From an uncultured Acidobacteriota bacterium (GTDB lineage: Bacteria; Acidobacteriota; Vicinamibacteria; Vicinamibacterales; SCN-69-37), in NCBI GenBank assembly GCA_963752045.1, contig CAVVWN010000002.1, forward strand, positions 31,498-95,497: a stretch of DNA of 64,000 nucleotides, in the 5' to 3' direction. The notes beneath the pieces were generated by a model. The model was not told the origin of the DNA, ran no database searches, and saw only the letters and a program-made list of their open reading frames with translations. Shown one piece after another: positions 48,175 to 58,251 of this stretch. The translations under genes were made by a program, and so were the position numbers. How positions within the stretch are numbered: position 1 is the first letter of the stretch; each line of letters begins with the position of its first letter.

Positions 48175-49716
48175 ATGATTGCGCTTGACGGATCCTCACT
48201 GAGCCTGACCGATCTCGGCCGCATTGCCTTCGACGCGACACGCGTGACGATCGCGCCCGAGGCGGCCGCGCGCGTGGTCGCCTCGCGTGCCGTCGTCGAC
48301 GCGCACGTCGAATCGGGCCGGCCGGTCTACGGCGTCAACACCGGCTTCGGCGCGCTCGCCGACGTGGCGATTCCGCGCAGCCAGGTCGCCGCGCTGCAAC
48401 TGAATCTGCTGCGAAGCCACGCGGCAGGCGTCGGCGAGCCGCTTTCGGTACCGGCGGTGCGCGCGCTGATGGCGCTTCGCGCGAACGTGCTCGCCAAGGG
48501 CTTCTCGGGCATCCGGCTGGGCACGCTCGAGGCGCTCGTGGCGCTCCTCAACGCGGGCGTGCACCCGCGAGTGCCCGCCCGCGGCTCGGTCGGCGCAAGC
48601 GGCGACCTGGCACCGCTTGCGCACCTGGCCCTCGTCCTCGTCGGCGAGGGCGACGTGCTGAGTGGGGCCGAGCCTGGGTCGACCGGCTCGGCCATCAGGG
48701 ACAGTTCCGGCGGCGCGGCGCTCGAGCGCGCCGGCCTGCGGCCGGTCGCGCTCGAGGCGAAGGAGGGGCTCGCCCTCATCAACGGCACGCAGGCGAGCAC
48801 GGCCGTGCTGGGCCTGGCCGTGCTCGAGGCGGGCCGCCTCGCGCGCGTCGCCGACATCGCGGCCGCGATGTCGATCGACGCGCTGCGGGGCTCGATTCAC
48901 CCGTTCGAGGCCCGCATCCACGCGGCCCGGCCGGTGCCCGGCCAGGCCGCGTCGGCCGCCAACCTGTCCCGTCTGGTCGGCGGCAGCAGCATCAACCAGT
49001 CGCACGAGCTCTGCGGCAAGGTGCAGGACGCCTACGCGCTGCGGTGCGCGCCGCAGGTGCACGGCTCGATGCGCGAGGCGCTCGGCTTCGCCCGCCGGCT
49101 CGCCGAGATCGAGGCCAACGCCGCCACCGACAACCCGATGGTGTTCGCCGACACCGGCGAGATCGTCTCCGGCGGCAACTTCCACGGCGCGCCGGTCGCG
49201 CTCGCCGCCGACACGCTCGCCATCGGGCTGGCGCAGCTCGCCACGATCAGCGAGCGGCGCACCGACCGCCTGCTGACGGCCAGTGAGAGCGGACTGCCCG
49301 CGTTTCTCACGCGCACGTCCGGCCTGAGCTCCGGGCTGATGATGGCGCACGTGACGGCCGCGGCGCTCGTCTCCGAGATCAAGACGCTTGCGCACCCGGC
49401 CGCGGCCGACACGATCCCGACTTCGGCCGGACGCGAGGACCACGTCAGCATGAGCATGGGCGCTGCGCTCAAGGTCTCGCGCGCGCTCGAACTCGCCCGC
49501 CTGGTCGTCGCGATCGAGCTCGTCGCGGCCTGCCAGGCGATCGATCTGCTCGCGCCGCTCGAGACGTCCGCGCCGCTCGCGCGCGTCCATCGCGCGATTC
49601 GCGAGCGGGTGCCTGTGCTCGGTGACGACCGGCCGCCGTCGCCGGACATCGAAGCCGTCGCCGCGCTCGTCGCGTCCGGCCGGCTCGAGGGAGTTTGCGA
49701 TGTGGAACTCGAGTGA
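48175..49716 (+). CDS. hutH: Histidine ammonia-lyase
   Basis: VYGVNTGFG, RSHAAG, GSVGASGDLAPLAH (MIO), QDAYALRC, SGGNFH, EDHVSM. Confidence 0.96.
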   Translation: MIALDGSSLSLTDLGRIAFDATRVTIAPEAAARVVASRAVVDAHVESGRPVYGVNTGFGALADVAIPRSQVAALQLNLLRSHAAGVGEPLSVPAVRALMALRANVLAKGFSGIRLGTLEALVALLNAGVHPRVPARGSVGASGDLAPLAHLALVLVGEGDVLSGAEPGSTGSAIRDSSGGAALERAGLRPVALEAKEGLALINGTQASTAVLGLAVLEAGRLARVADIAAAMSIDALRGSIHPFEARIHAARPVPGQAASAANLSRLVGGSSINQSHELCGKVQDAYALRCAPQVHGSMREALGFARRLAEIEANAATDNPMVFADTGEIVSGGNFHGAPVALAADTLAIGLAQLATISERRTDRLLTASESGLPAFLTRTSGLSSGLMMAHVTAAALVSEIKTLAHPAAADTIPTSAGREDHVSMSMGAALKVSRALELARLVVAIELVAACQAIDLLAPLETSAPLARVHRAIRERVPVLGDDRPPSPDIEAVAALVASGRLEGVCDVELE

Positions 49717-49718
49717 CT

Positions 49719-49757
49719 TGTCAATCGTTGACACGACTCGACGCCGTTCTTTAGAGT
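49719..49757 (+). promoter_or_regulatory. Putative internal sigma-70 promoter and operator before hutU
   Basis: TTGACA(49728)-18 nt-TAGAGT(49752); palindrome TGTCAA-TCG-TTGACA 49719-49733. Confidence 0.55.
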
Positions 49758-49809
49758 GGCCCCTTCCCCGGCACGCGACGCGCGCAACCGCCCGTGCCGC
49801 CGACCGCTC

Positions 49810-51482
49810 ATGAGCCTCGCCACTCGCGTCATTCGTGCCCCGCGCGGAACGACCTTGTCGTGCAAGGGCTGGCCGCAGGAAGCCGCGCTGCGCATGCTCA
49901 TGAACAACCTCGACCCGGACGTGGCCGAACGGCCCGCCGATCTGGTCGTCTACGGCGGCTCCGGCCGCGCGGCGCGCAGCTGGGAGGCCTTCGACGCGAT
50001 CGTCGCCGCCCTGCGCGACCTCGAACACGACGAGACGCTGCTCGTGCAGTCGGGCAAGCCCGTCGGCGTCTTCCGCACGCACCCCTGGGCGCCGCGCGTG
50101 CTCATCGCCAACGCGCTCCTCGTGCCGGCCTGGGCCAACTGGCAGACGTTCCGCGACCTCGAAGACCGCGGGTTGACGATGTTCGGGCAGATGACGGCCG
50201 GGTCGTGGATCTACATCGGCACGCAGGGCATCCTGCAGGGCACCTACGAGACGCTCGCGGCCGTCGCCCGGCGCCATTTCGGGGGATCGCTCCGCGGCAC
50301 GCTCACCGTCACGGCCGGCCTTGGCGGCATGGGCGGCGCGCAGCCGCTCGCCGTCACCATGAACGAAGGCGTCGCGCTCGTGGTCGAGGTGGACCGGAGC
50401 CGGATCGAGCGCCGCCTGGCGACCCGGTATCTCGACGAGACGGCGCCGACGCTCGACGCCGCGCTCGAGCGCGTGGATGCGTGCCGCAGGCAGGGACTTC
50501 CCCGCTCGATCGGTCTCGAGGCAACATCGCCGACGTGCTTCCCGAGCTCGTCGCCCGCGGCATCACCCCCGACGTGCTGACCGACCAGACCTCGGCGCAC
50601 GACGCGCTGGCCGGCTACGTGCCGAACGGGATGACGTTCGAGGCGGCGCTCGCGCTCCGCAGGGCGGACCCGGACGAGTACGTGCGCCAGTCGATGCGCA
50701 CGATGGCGGCGCACGTCCGCGCCATGCTCGACCTCAAGGCCCGCGGGTCGGTGACGTTCGACTACGGCAACAACCTCCGCGCGCAGGCCGAGCAGGCCGG
50801 TGTGGCCAACGCGTTCGACATCCCCGGGTTCGTCCCGGAGTACGTGCGCCCGCTCTTCTGCGAAGGCAAGGGCCCGTTCCGCTGGGCGGCGCTCTCGGGC
50901 GACCCCGAGGACATCCGCGCGACCGACCGTCTCGCGCTCGAGATGTTCGCAGACGACGACGCGCTGTGCCGCTGGATCACGATGGCCGGCGAGCAGGTGG
51001 CGTTTCAAGGGCTGCCGGCGCGAATCTTCTGGCTCGGCTACGGCGAGCGCGCGCGCTTCGGCCTGGCGCTGAACGACCTCGTGCGGCGCGGCGTGGTCTC
51101 GGCGCCGATCGTCATCGGCCGCGACCACCTCGACACCGGCTCGGTGGCCTCGCCCAACCGCGAGACCGAGGGCATGCGTGACGGCAGCGACGCGATTGCC
51201 GACTGGCCGGTGCTCAACGCCCTGCTCAACACGTCGTCGGGCGCCACCTGGGTTTCGGTGCACCACGGTGGCGGCGTCGGCATCGGCTATTCGCTTCACG
51301 CGGGCATGGTGATCGTGGCCGACGGCACGCGCGAAGCCGACGAGAAACTGCAGCGCGTGCTCACCTGCGACCCGGGAATCGGCGTCGTCCGGCACGCCGA
51401 CGCGGGATACCCGGAAGCCATTCGCACCGCGCGCGAGCGCGGCGTGCGCATGCCGATGGCGCGTGCGACGGAGCCGGAGTGA
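49810..51482 (+). CDS. hutU: Urocanate hydratase; -1 frameshift near 50520
   Basis: [33 protein letters not shown] then [28 protein letters not shown]; GAG GC AAC lacks one G. Confidence 0.95.
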
Positions 51483-52603
51483 TGATCACGCCGAGACCGT
51501 CGGTCGAGCGCCGGGTGCTCGCGTCGCTCGACGCGGGCCGCATTCCCGTGCTGCTCGGCGGCTGCGGCAGCGGGCGTACGTCGCTGCTCCTGCATCTCGA
51601 GTCCCGCCTCGGCCAGTCGCGAAGCCAGTACCTGGACCTCTCGGCCGCGGCCACGACGCCCGAGCGCTGCCTCCAGGCCGTGATCGAAGTCAGCCGCATT
51701 GGCGCGCCCGTTCCGCCGCCGGCGTCGGCCAGGGCCGCCTTCGACGGCCTCATCGACTTCTTCGACAGCGCGTCGGCCGGCTCGGCCGAGCCGTCCACGT
51801 TCCTGATTGACGAGTTTCACGACGTCCGTACCTTCGAGAACTTCCCGGGACTGCGGCACGTGCAGCGCGATTTCATCGCGCGGCTCTCCGACTCGCCCAC
51901 CCGCTTCGCGCTGGCCTCACGCTTCACGTCGCGCGCCCATCGCCTGCTGCGCGACGCGCCGGCCCGCTTCGAGGTGATTCACGTTCCGCCGCTCGACGTC
52001 GCCGAGGTGGCCGAGGCCTCCCGGCTCTTCAACGGCGCCTCCCGGGGCATCCCGCAGGACGTGGCCGGTCTGGTCGCCGGGCTCACGCAGGGCCGAACGG
52101 CCTACGTGCATCTGCTCCTGGCCGCCATGAACGGCTCGGGCCAGGCGCCCGATCCGGTCGGCGCGTTCGCCTCACTGCTCGCGCCGGGCGGCCGGCTCAC
52201 CGCTCGGTGCCGCGAGAGCTACGACATGCGCCTCAACCGCGCGCGCGGTTTCGGCGCGCTCAAGGCGATCCTGGGCGTGCTGGCCGAAGCCGAGCCCTTG
52301 AACCTGACGGAGATCGCGCAGGCGCTCCACCGCACGCCGGGATCCACCAAGGACTATCTCTCGTGGCTCGAGGACGTCGACCTCATTGCCATGCGGAGCA
52401 AGCGCTACGTGTTCGAAGATCCGGTCCTTCGTTTGTACCTGAGGCTCCACGGCCGCCCCGTGCCCCCGACCGACGACGACATCGTCCGCGAAGTGTCGGG
52501 CTACGCGCGGTCCAAACTGCCCGCCGCGCCGGTCTCCGTTGCCGAAGCGGCCGACGGCCTGGCGGCGACGCCGGATCGATCGGGCATCATCGAAATCGAC
52601 TAG
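51482..52603 (+). CDS. P-loop ATPase-like protein with C-terminal winged helix
   Basis: GGCGSGRT (Walker A with K to R), FLIDEF (Walker B), LTEIAQAL..STKDYLSWL..DLI..Y.FEDPVL. Confidence 0.75.
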   Translation: MITPRPSVERRVLASLDAGRIPVLLGGCGSGRTSLLLHLESRLGQSRSQYLDLSAAATTPERCLQAVIEVSRIGAPVPPPASARAAFDGLIDFFDSASAGSAEPSTFLIDEFHDVRTFENFPGLRHVQRDFIARLSDSPTRFALASRFTSRAHRLLRDAPARFEVIHVPPLDVAEVAEASRLFNGASRGIPQDVAGLVAGLTQGRTAYVHLLLAAMNGSGQAPDPVGAFASLLAPGGRLTARCRESYDMRLNRARGFGALKAILGVLAEAEPLNLTEIAQALHRTPGSTKDYLSWLEDVDLIAMRSKRYVFEDPVLRLYLRLHGRPVPPTDDDIVREVSGYARSKLPAAPVSVAEAADGLAATPDRSGIIEID

Positions 52604-52609
52604 AGGATC

Positions 52610-52696
52610 AGGGGACAGGTCTCGCCTGCGCGAGCAAGACCCGTCCCCCTACTTGGGTCATGCGCAGGGCGGACTGAACTGCAGTCCGCCCTACGC
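52610..52696. repeat. Two GTAG-type REP-like hairpins between convergent genes
   Basis: Minus strand GTAGGGCGGACTG..CAGTCCGCCCTGC and GTAGGGGGACGGGTCT..AGACCTGTCCCC. Confidence 0.6.
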
Positions 52697-53683
52697 GTCG
52701 TCGGCCTCTGGCGCAGCCGCGGGCGTGTCGAACGACGCGAGCGCGGCGCGCGCCGCCTGCTGTTCGGCGTCCTTCTTCGACCGGCCCGAGGCGCGGGACA
52801 CGGGTTGGCCGCCCACGAGCACCTCCACTTCGAACCGCTTCCGGTGGTCGGGCCCTTCGGCACGGGCCAGCCGGTAGGTCGGCAGGCCACGTCCTTCCGC
52901 CTGCAACCGCTCCTGGAGCGCAGACTTCCAGTCCTCCGTGAAGGAGGCCTCCGCCGCGCGCTCCCCGGCCCCGGCGATGAGCGGGCCGAAGTGCGACAGG
53001 ATGAAGGCTCGTGCCGCATCGACACCGCCGTCGAGGTAGATGGCGGCAATCAGCGCCTCGTAGCTGTCGGCCAGGATCGCGTGCTTGCGCCGGCCGCCGG
53101 TCTTCTCTTCCCCGCGACCGAGGAACACGTACCGCCCGAGGTCGATGTCGGCCGCCAGCCGGGCGAGCGACGCCGACGAGACGATGCCGGCCTTCACCTT
53201 CGACTTGTACCCTTCGGAATGCGTGGGGAACCGATGGAACAGCATGTCGGCGATGACGAACCCCAGGATGGCGTCGCCCAGAAACTCCATCGACTCGTTG
53301 TCGATGACGCCGCCCGACGCATCTTCGTGCGCGCGCGATCGGTGCGTGAGCGCGTGCTCGAGCAGGCCCAGATCGCTGAAACGGTAGCCGATGCGCTCCT
53401 CGAGCGGACCGAGGTCCTCGCTGAGGCGCCGGACCTCGGCGGCGGCCGCTTCGTCGAGATGGCTGGCGATGAGATCGCGCGCGCGCGCCGCAGCGGTCGC
53501 GGCGACGGCCACGCGGAACTCCGCCTGCCCGAACCGCATCGGAAACACGGATGGCGCGAGCGCCGATCCCACCACGGCCTCGATGCCGTGCGCGGCGAGC
53601 AGGCCGCGCACCACCTCCACCTCGATCGACGAGTGACTGCGGAAGATGTCCACGGGCGGTCCGGCCTGCCGCCCGGCCGTCAT
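52691..53683 (-). CDS. rnc: Ribonuclease III with N-terminal DUF2007-like domain
   Basis: ALTHRS, NESMEFLGDAIL, LGRGEEKTGG, ADSYEALIAAIYLD, dsRBD (WKSALQE..SKKDAEQQAA); N-terminal EVEVVRGLLAAHGI. Confidence 0.93.
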   Translation of the reverse strand: MTAGRQAGPPVDIFRSHSSIEVEVVRGLLAAHGIEAVVGSALAPSVFPMRFGQAEFRVAVAATAAARARDLIASHLDEAAAAEVRRLSEDLGPLEERIGYRFSDLGLLEHALTHRSRAHEDASGGVIDNESMEFLGDAILGFVIADMLFHRFPTHSEGYKSKVKAGIVSSASLARLAADIDLGRYVFLGRGEEKTGGRRKHAILADSYEALIAAIYLDGGVDAARAFILSHFGPLIAGAGERAAEASFTEDWKSALQERLQAEGRGLPTYRLARAEGPDHRKRFEVEVLVGGQPVSRASGRSKKDAEQQAARAALASFDTPAAAPEADDA

Positions 53684-55716
53684 GCCGACCGCCTCGCGGC
53701 CCCGGCGCCCGCGATCTTGATGATGATCATCGTCATGTCGTCGTGGGGTTCGGCGTCGCCGACGAAGGCGCGCACGTCGCGAAGCACGCGCTCCCGGATG
53801 CCCGCCGCATCACGATCCTGCTGGGCCACGACGATACGGGCTAGCGCGGCATCGCCGAACAGCTCGCCGTCCGTGTCCATGGCCTCGGTGATCCCGTCCG
53901 TGTAGAGGACGAAGACGTCGCCGTCGGCGATGCGGCGCGTGTGTTCGGCCAGCAGTTCCGAGAACCGCTCGCTCGCGCCGGGCAGGCGCAGGCCGAGCAC
54001 CATGCCTTCGGGCACGATGACCTGACTCTCGCCGCCCGACACGACGATGAGCGGCGTGTGCCCGGCCCGGGCGCAGGTCAGCGTGCCGGCGTCCAGATCG
54101 ATGACGGCATAGGACATCGTGATGAAGCTGCGGTTGTCGAGGTGCCCCGCAAGCAACCGGTTCACCTCGATCAGCAGCTGTCGCGGCGAGCGCTCCTGCT
54201 GGCTGAGCGCGATCATCAGCCCCTTGAGCTCGGCCATGTACAGCGCGGCCGACGTGCCTTTGCCGGCCACGTCGGCGACGAGCACGCCGAGCTGGCGCGG
54301 TCCGAGCTGGAAGAAGTCGTAGTAGTCCCCGCCCACTTCCCGCGCCGGTTCGCAGAGCGCGGCGATCGTCAGGCCGTCGATCGCGGGCGGCTCGACCGGC
54401 AGGAGCGACTGCTGGATCTCGCGGGCGATGCGCAGCTCGTCGTCGAGCCGCTGCTTCTCGCGCTGGACGTGGAGCAGATGCTCGATGCTCCCGCTCATCT
54501 TGTTGAACGAGTCGGCCAGCTCGCCCAGCTGGTCGGTCGAGTCGATGTTGATGCGGTGGGTGAAATCGCCCGAGCGCACCCGCTCGGTGCCCACGAACAG
54601 CTCGTGCACGGCCGACGTGATCGACCGCGCCAGCAGCACGCCGCCGACGAGCGCCGACCCCTGGATCACGAGGAAGAGCGAGCCGAGCAGCGCGAGGACG
54701 ACGAGCAGGCCGGCGGCCGACGTGAATTGCGCGGGCTGCACGGACGCGACCTGCTCGTAGAGGCGGCCGACCGGCGCGTCGAGCCCCACGGCCACACGCA
54801 GCGCGCGGCCGGTCGTCCAGTCGGTGTAGTCCATGAACGCGACCGTCTGCCGGAACAGCTGGCCGACGCTGGCCGCGCGCTCGAGCGCCGGCGCGGCCAT
54901 CGTGGCCCCCGCATCGAAGGCCAGGCTGCGGATGCGCGTGCCCCGCCGGGCGTCGATCCGCGTGACGAGGTCGGTGTCGACCGGCAGGTCGGCGATGACG
55001 ACGCGGCGCCCGTCGCCTGTCGGCACGGCCGCGCGGACGAGCAGGCCCGGTTCATCGCTGCCGTCCACGCGCACCTCGAGAACCCCGCTGAACCGCCGCG
55101 CGACGACGAGCCACGCGGGCACCGCATCGACGGGCGGCTGATGACGCCAGCTGCCGGCCGCGGTGACGCCGTCGGCTGCCCGGGCCGCCGGTGCGCCCTC
55201 CTGGCCGACCGGCAGCACCACGAGCGAGAGCGACGGGTACGTGGTCTGATGACCACCCAGCTTGCGCGCGAGCACGTTGGCCTCGCGCGCGCCGGGCTCG
55301 CCGAGCTCCGCACTGGTCGTCTCGGCAATCTGGGTGATGTCGTCGACGATGTCCTGGAATCCCTCGCGGAACATGTAGCCGGCCAGCGTCGTGTAGAGCA
55401 CGACGCCGCCGGCGAGCGCAAACGCCAGGACGAGCACTACCGGCACGAACCCCAGGAACACGTACGAGAGGAAGAGCTTCCGGCGCACGCGCCACAGGAA
55501 CCGCTGCCGGCCGCGAACGAAGCCCAGTACGAGCAACCAGCCGGCGCCGACGACGAAGGCCCCGGCCAGCACCTTGCGGAAGAGCTCGACGAGGTCAGGC
55601 AGGACGACGAACTGCTGGATCACCACCAGCACGAGGAGGAGCGGTCCTGAGAGAATGACGAGGCGACCCGGGAGGGTCTCGAACAACCGTTTCACAAGGG
55701 TCCTGTGAAATTGCAA
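53680..55716 (-). CDS. Membrane SpoIIE/PP2C family phosphatase with HAMP domain (RsbU-like)
   Basis: DQLGELADSFNKM, AREIQQSLLP, VGGDYYD, ADVAGKG, RAGH, YTDGITEA, DDMT. Confidence 0.92.
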   Translation of the reverse strand: MQFHRTLVKRLFETLPGRLVILSGPLLLVLVVIQQFVVLPDLVELFRKVLAGAFVVGAGWLLVLGFVRGRQRFLWRVRRKLFLSYVFLGFVPVVLVLAFALAGGVVLYTTLAGYMFREGFQDIVDDITQIAETTSAELGEPGAREANVLARKLGGHQTTYPSLSLVVLPVGQEGAPAARAADGVTAAGSWRHQPPVDAVPAWLVVARRFSGVLEVRVDGSDEPGLLVRAAVPTGDGRRVVIADLPVDTDLVTRIDARRGTRIRSLAFDAGATMAAPALERAASVGQLFRQTVAFMDYTDWTTGRALRVAVGLDAPVGRLYEQVASVQPAQFTSAAGLLVVLALLGSLFLVIQGSALVGGVLLARSITSAVHELFVGTERVRSGDFTHRINIDSTDQLGELADSFNKMSGSIEHLLHVQREKQRLDDELRIAREIQQSLLPVEPPAIDGLTIAALCEPAREVGGDYYDFFQLGPRQLGVLVADVAGKGTSAALYMAELKGLMIALSQQERSPRQLLIEVNRLLAGHLDNRSFITMSYAVIDLDAGTLTCARAGHTPLIVVSGGESQVIVPEGMVLGLRLPGASERFSELLAEHTRRIADGDVFVLYTDGITEAMDTDGELFGDAALARIVVAQQDRDAAGIRERVLRDVRAFVGDAEPHDDMTMIIIKIAGAGAARRSA

Positions 55717-55755
55717 AAGGCATGATAACAGACTAGTCTTGAGGGCTGCGGCCGC

Positions 55756-56910
55756 ATGAAACTCACAAAGAAAGCACGATTCTCAACCATCTGCATCCAC
55801 GCCGGCCAGACGCCGGACCCGGGAACCGGCGCCATCATCACGCCGATCTTCCAGACGTCCACCTACGTGCAGGACGCGGTCGGGCAGCACAAGGGCTACG
55901 AGTACGCCCGCACGCAGAACCCGACGCGATCGGCGGTCGAAGCCAATCTGGCGGCGATCGAGGGCGGCAAGGCGGCCTTCGCCTACGCCTCGGGGATGTC
56001 GGCCATCAACGCCATCGTCTCCCGGCTGTCGTCGGGCGACCACGTGATCGTCACCGACAACACGTACGGCGGCACGTTCCGCCTGTTCGACAAGGTGATG
56101 ACGCGGTTCGGGCTGACGTTCAGCTTTGTCGACACGTCGAACCTCGACGCCGTCGCGGGCGCCTTCACGGACCGTACGAAGCTCGTCTTCATCGAGACAC
56201 CGACCAACCCGGTGCTTCGGCTCACCGACATCGCCGCCGTGGCCCACGAGGCACACCGGCATGGCGCCACGCTCGTCGTCGACAACACGTTCGCCAGCCC
56301 CTGCCTGCAGCGCCCCATCGAGCTCGGCGCGGACCTCGTCATGCACAGCACGACGAAGTACCTCAACGGGCACAGCGACTCGATCGGCGGCGTCGTCGTC
56401 GCCACGCGTGACGAGGACATCGAGTGGCTGCGGTTCATCCAGAACTCGGCCGGCGCCATCCTGAGCCCGTTCGACTCGTGGCTGGTGCTGCGCGGCACGA
56501 AGACGCTGACGCTTCGGATGGCGCAGCACTCGGCGAACGGCCTGGGCCTGGCCACCTACCTCAGTGAGCACCCGAAGGTCACGCGCGTCATTTACCCCGG
56601 CCTGCCGAGCCATCCGCAGCACGAGCTGGCCAGACGGCAGATGCCCAACGGCTGCGGCGGCATGCTGTCGTTCGAAGTGGCCTCTCCCGACGAGGCGAGG
56701 CGCGTGCTGAACCGGTTCAAGCTCATGGCGCTCGCCGAGAGTCTCGGCGGCGTCGAAACGCTCGTGTGCCACCCGGCGTCGATGACGCACGCCTCGGTGC
56801 CGCCCGAACGGCGGGCCGCCATCGGCCTCTCCGACAGCCTCATCCGAATCTCGGCCGGCATCGAGGACCTGGCCGATCTCACCGAAGACCTCGCTCAGGC
56901 ACTCGACTGA
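55756..56910 (+). CDS. Cystathionine gamma-synthase/lyase family PLP enzyme
   Basis: YEYARTQNPTR, IETPTNP, VDNTF, HSTTKYLNGHSD, AESLGGVE. Confidence 0.93.
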   Translation: MKLTKKARFSTICIHAGQTPDPGTGAIITPIFQTSTYVQDAVGQHKGYEYARTQNPTRSAVEANLAAIEGGKAAFAYASGMSAINAIVSRLSSGDHVIVTDNTYGGTFRLFDKVMTRFGLTFSFVDTSNLDAVAGAFTDRTKLVFIETPTNPVLRLTDIAAVAHEAHRHGATLVVDNTFASPCLQRPIELGADLVMHSTTKYLNGHSDSIGGVVVATRDEDIEWLRFIQNSAGAILSPFDSWLVLRGTKTLTLRMAQHSANGLGLATYLSEHPKVTRVIYPGLPSHPQHELARRQMPNGCGGMLSFEVASPDEARRVLNRFKLMALAESLGGVETLVCHPASMTHASVPPERRAAIGLSDSLIRISAGIEDLADLTEDLAQALD

Positions 56911-57527
56911 TGACCGCCGGCGGGTTGCTCGCGGCGCCGCGGCGCTGGGTCCGTTCGCTCTACGACTGGACGATGCACTGGGCCGACACGCGCTTTGCGC
57001 TGTCGGCGCTCTTCGTCATTGCGTTTGCCGAGTCGTCGTTCTTCCCGGTGCCGCCCGACGTGCTGCTCATCGCCATCGTCGCCGCCAACCCGGCCCGATG
57101 GCTCGTGGCTGGCACGCTGTGCACGGCCGGATCCGTCCTCGGCGCCCTTCTCGGCTACGTCATCGGACAGGCGTTCATGGCGACGGTGGGCCAACCGATC
57201 GTGGATTTCTATGGGGCGCAGGCCGCGTGGGACGAAGTGGTGGCCCTCTACACCGGGACGTGGGGTGTGTGGTTCCTGGCGGCGGCGGCCTTCACGCCGA
57301 TCCCCTACAAGGTAGCCACGATTGCCGCCGGCGCGACGGGCATGCCCATCGTGCCGTTCGTCTTCGTGAGCGCGATCGGCAGAGCCGGCCGGTTCTTCCT
57401 GGTCGCCGGCCTGCTCCGCATGTTCGGCTCGCCGATCCGGACGTTCCTCGAGAAGCACTTCGACGCGATGGCCCTGCTCTTCGTCGCGCTGCTCGTGGGC
57501 GGGTTTCTGGTCATTCGCTGGCTATAG
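56910..57527 (+). CDS. YqaA/DedA family membrane protein
   Basis: FAESSFFPVPPDVLL, GSVLGALLGY, FTPIPYKV, GRAGRFFL. Confidence 0.9.
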   Translation: MTAGGLLAAPRRWVRSLYDWTMHWADTRFALSALFVIAFAESSFFPVPPDVLLIAIVAANPARWLVAGTLCTAGSVLGALLGYVIGQAFMATVGQPIVDFYGAQAAWDEVVALYTGTWGVWFLAAAAFTPIPYKVATIAAGATGMPIVPFVFVSAIGRAGRFFLVAGLLRMFGSPIRTFLEKHFDAMALLFVALLVGGFLVIRWL

Positions 57528-57529
57528 TT

Positions 57530-57577
57530 CCCAGATCCCAGATTCCAGATTCCAGATCCCAGATCCCAGGTCCCAGT
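57530..57577. repeat. Heptamer tandem repeat (CCAGATC/CCAGATT, about 6-7 units), reverse orientation of the 42082 array
   Basis: cccagat cccagat tccagat tccagat cccagat cccaggt cccagt. Confidence 0.9.
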
Positions 57578-57583
57578 TGTTCG

Positions 57584-57846
57584 ACCGTGGAGACGTGGAG
57601 CCCGTGGAGGTGCGCCTCCGCCCCGTGTCGTCCACCGGTCGCCGTGGCCCCGTCGGGTTCGACCGGGCGCCGACGAGCCGCCCCGGACTGGGCCGGCCCC
57701 CCGGACTCGGCGGCTCATCGGCGCCCGGCCGAACCCGACGCCGGCGGCCGGAGGCCGCGCGAGCGCCGCTCGCGGCCACGGCGACCAAGCGCTGCAGCGG
57801 CTTGTGGTCGCCGGAGGTTCTCCATGAACTCCACGTTCTCAACGGT
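57584..57846 (-). repeat. 263-bp structured dispersed repeat, copy 2
   Basis: Reverse complement matches 42145-42407; same length. Confidence 0.9.
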
Positions 57847-57864
57847 GGTCTTTTCGTAGCAGAT

Positions 57865-58197
57865 TCACGATTCCCTCTTCGGCCCGACGCTTCGTTCCAC
57901 CCAGCGCAGGTAATCCTCGCTCCCGTCGATAACAGGAATGACAAGGAACTCGGGCACTTCGTAGGGGTGTCTGGCCCGCACGAGCTCCCAGAGGGCGTCG
58001 GCGTGCTCGGACGTGGTTTTGATGATGAGTTGCTGTTCCTGGTCGATCTGGGGCACGCCTTGCCAGGTGTAGACCGAGCGGATGCCGGGAACGATGTTGA
58101 CGCAGGCGGCCAGGCCCGAGCCGACGAGCTCCTGGGCAAACGGCGTCGCCTCGAAATCACCGGGGAGCGTCGTGACGGCCATGACGAGTTCACTCAT
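57865..58197 (-). CDS. cutA: Divalent-cation tolerance protein CutA
   Basis: LAACVNI..SVYTWQG..LIIKT..HPYEVPE..YLRWV; GAGG RBS. Confidence 0.92.
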   Translation of the reverse strand: MSELVMAVTTLPGDFEATPFAQELVGSGLAACVNIVPGIRSVYTWQGVPQIDQEQQLIIKTTSEHADALWELVRARHPYEVPEFLVIPVIDGSEDYLRWVERSVGPKRES

Positions 58198-58251
58198 GCG
58201 CGTATTTTCCTCTTGTACGGGCGAAAGAAAACTGATAAAAGAAGGACGTTC

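Noticed and set aside
48196-50277. Long antisense or alternate-frame ORFs (also 32109-33716, 37398-39056, 44510-46051, 53941-55650, 59444-61003, 61040-62587)
   Set aside because: Expected in very GC-rich DNA opposite real genes; Arg/Ala/Gly-rich with no recognisable motifs.
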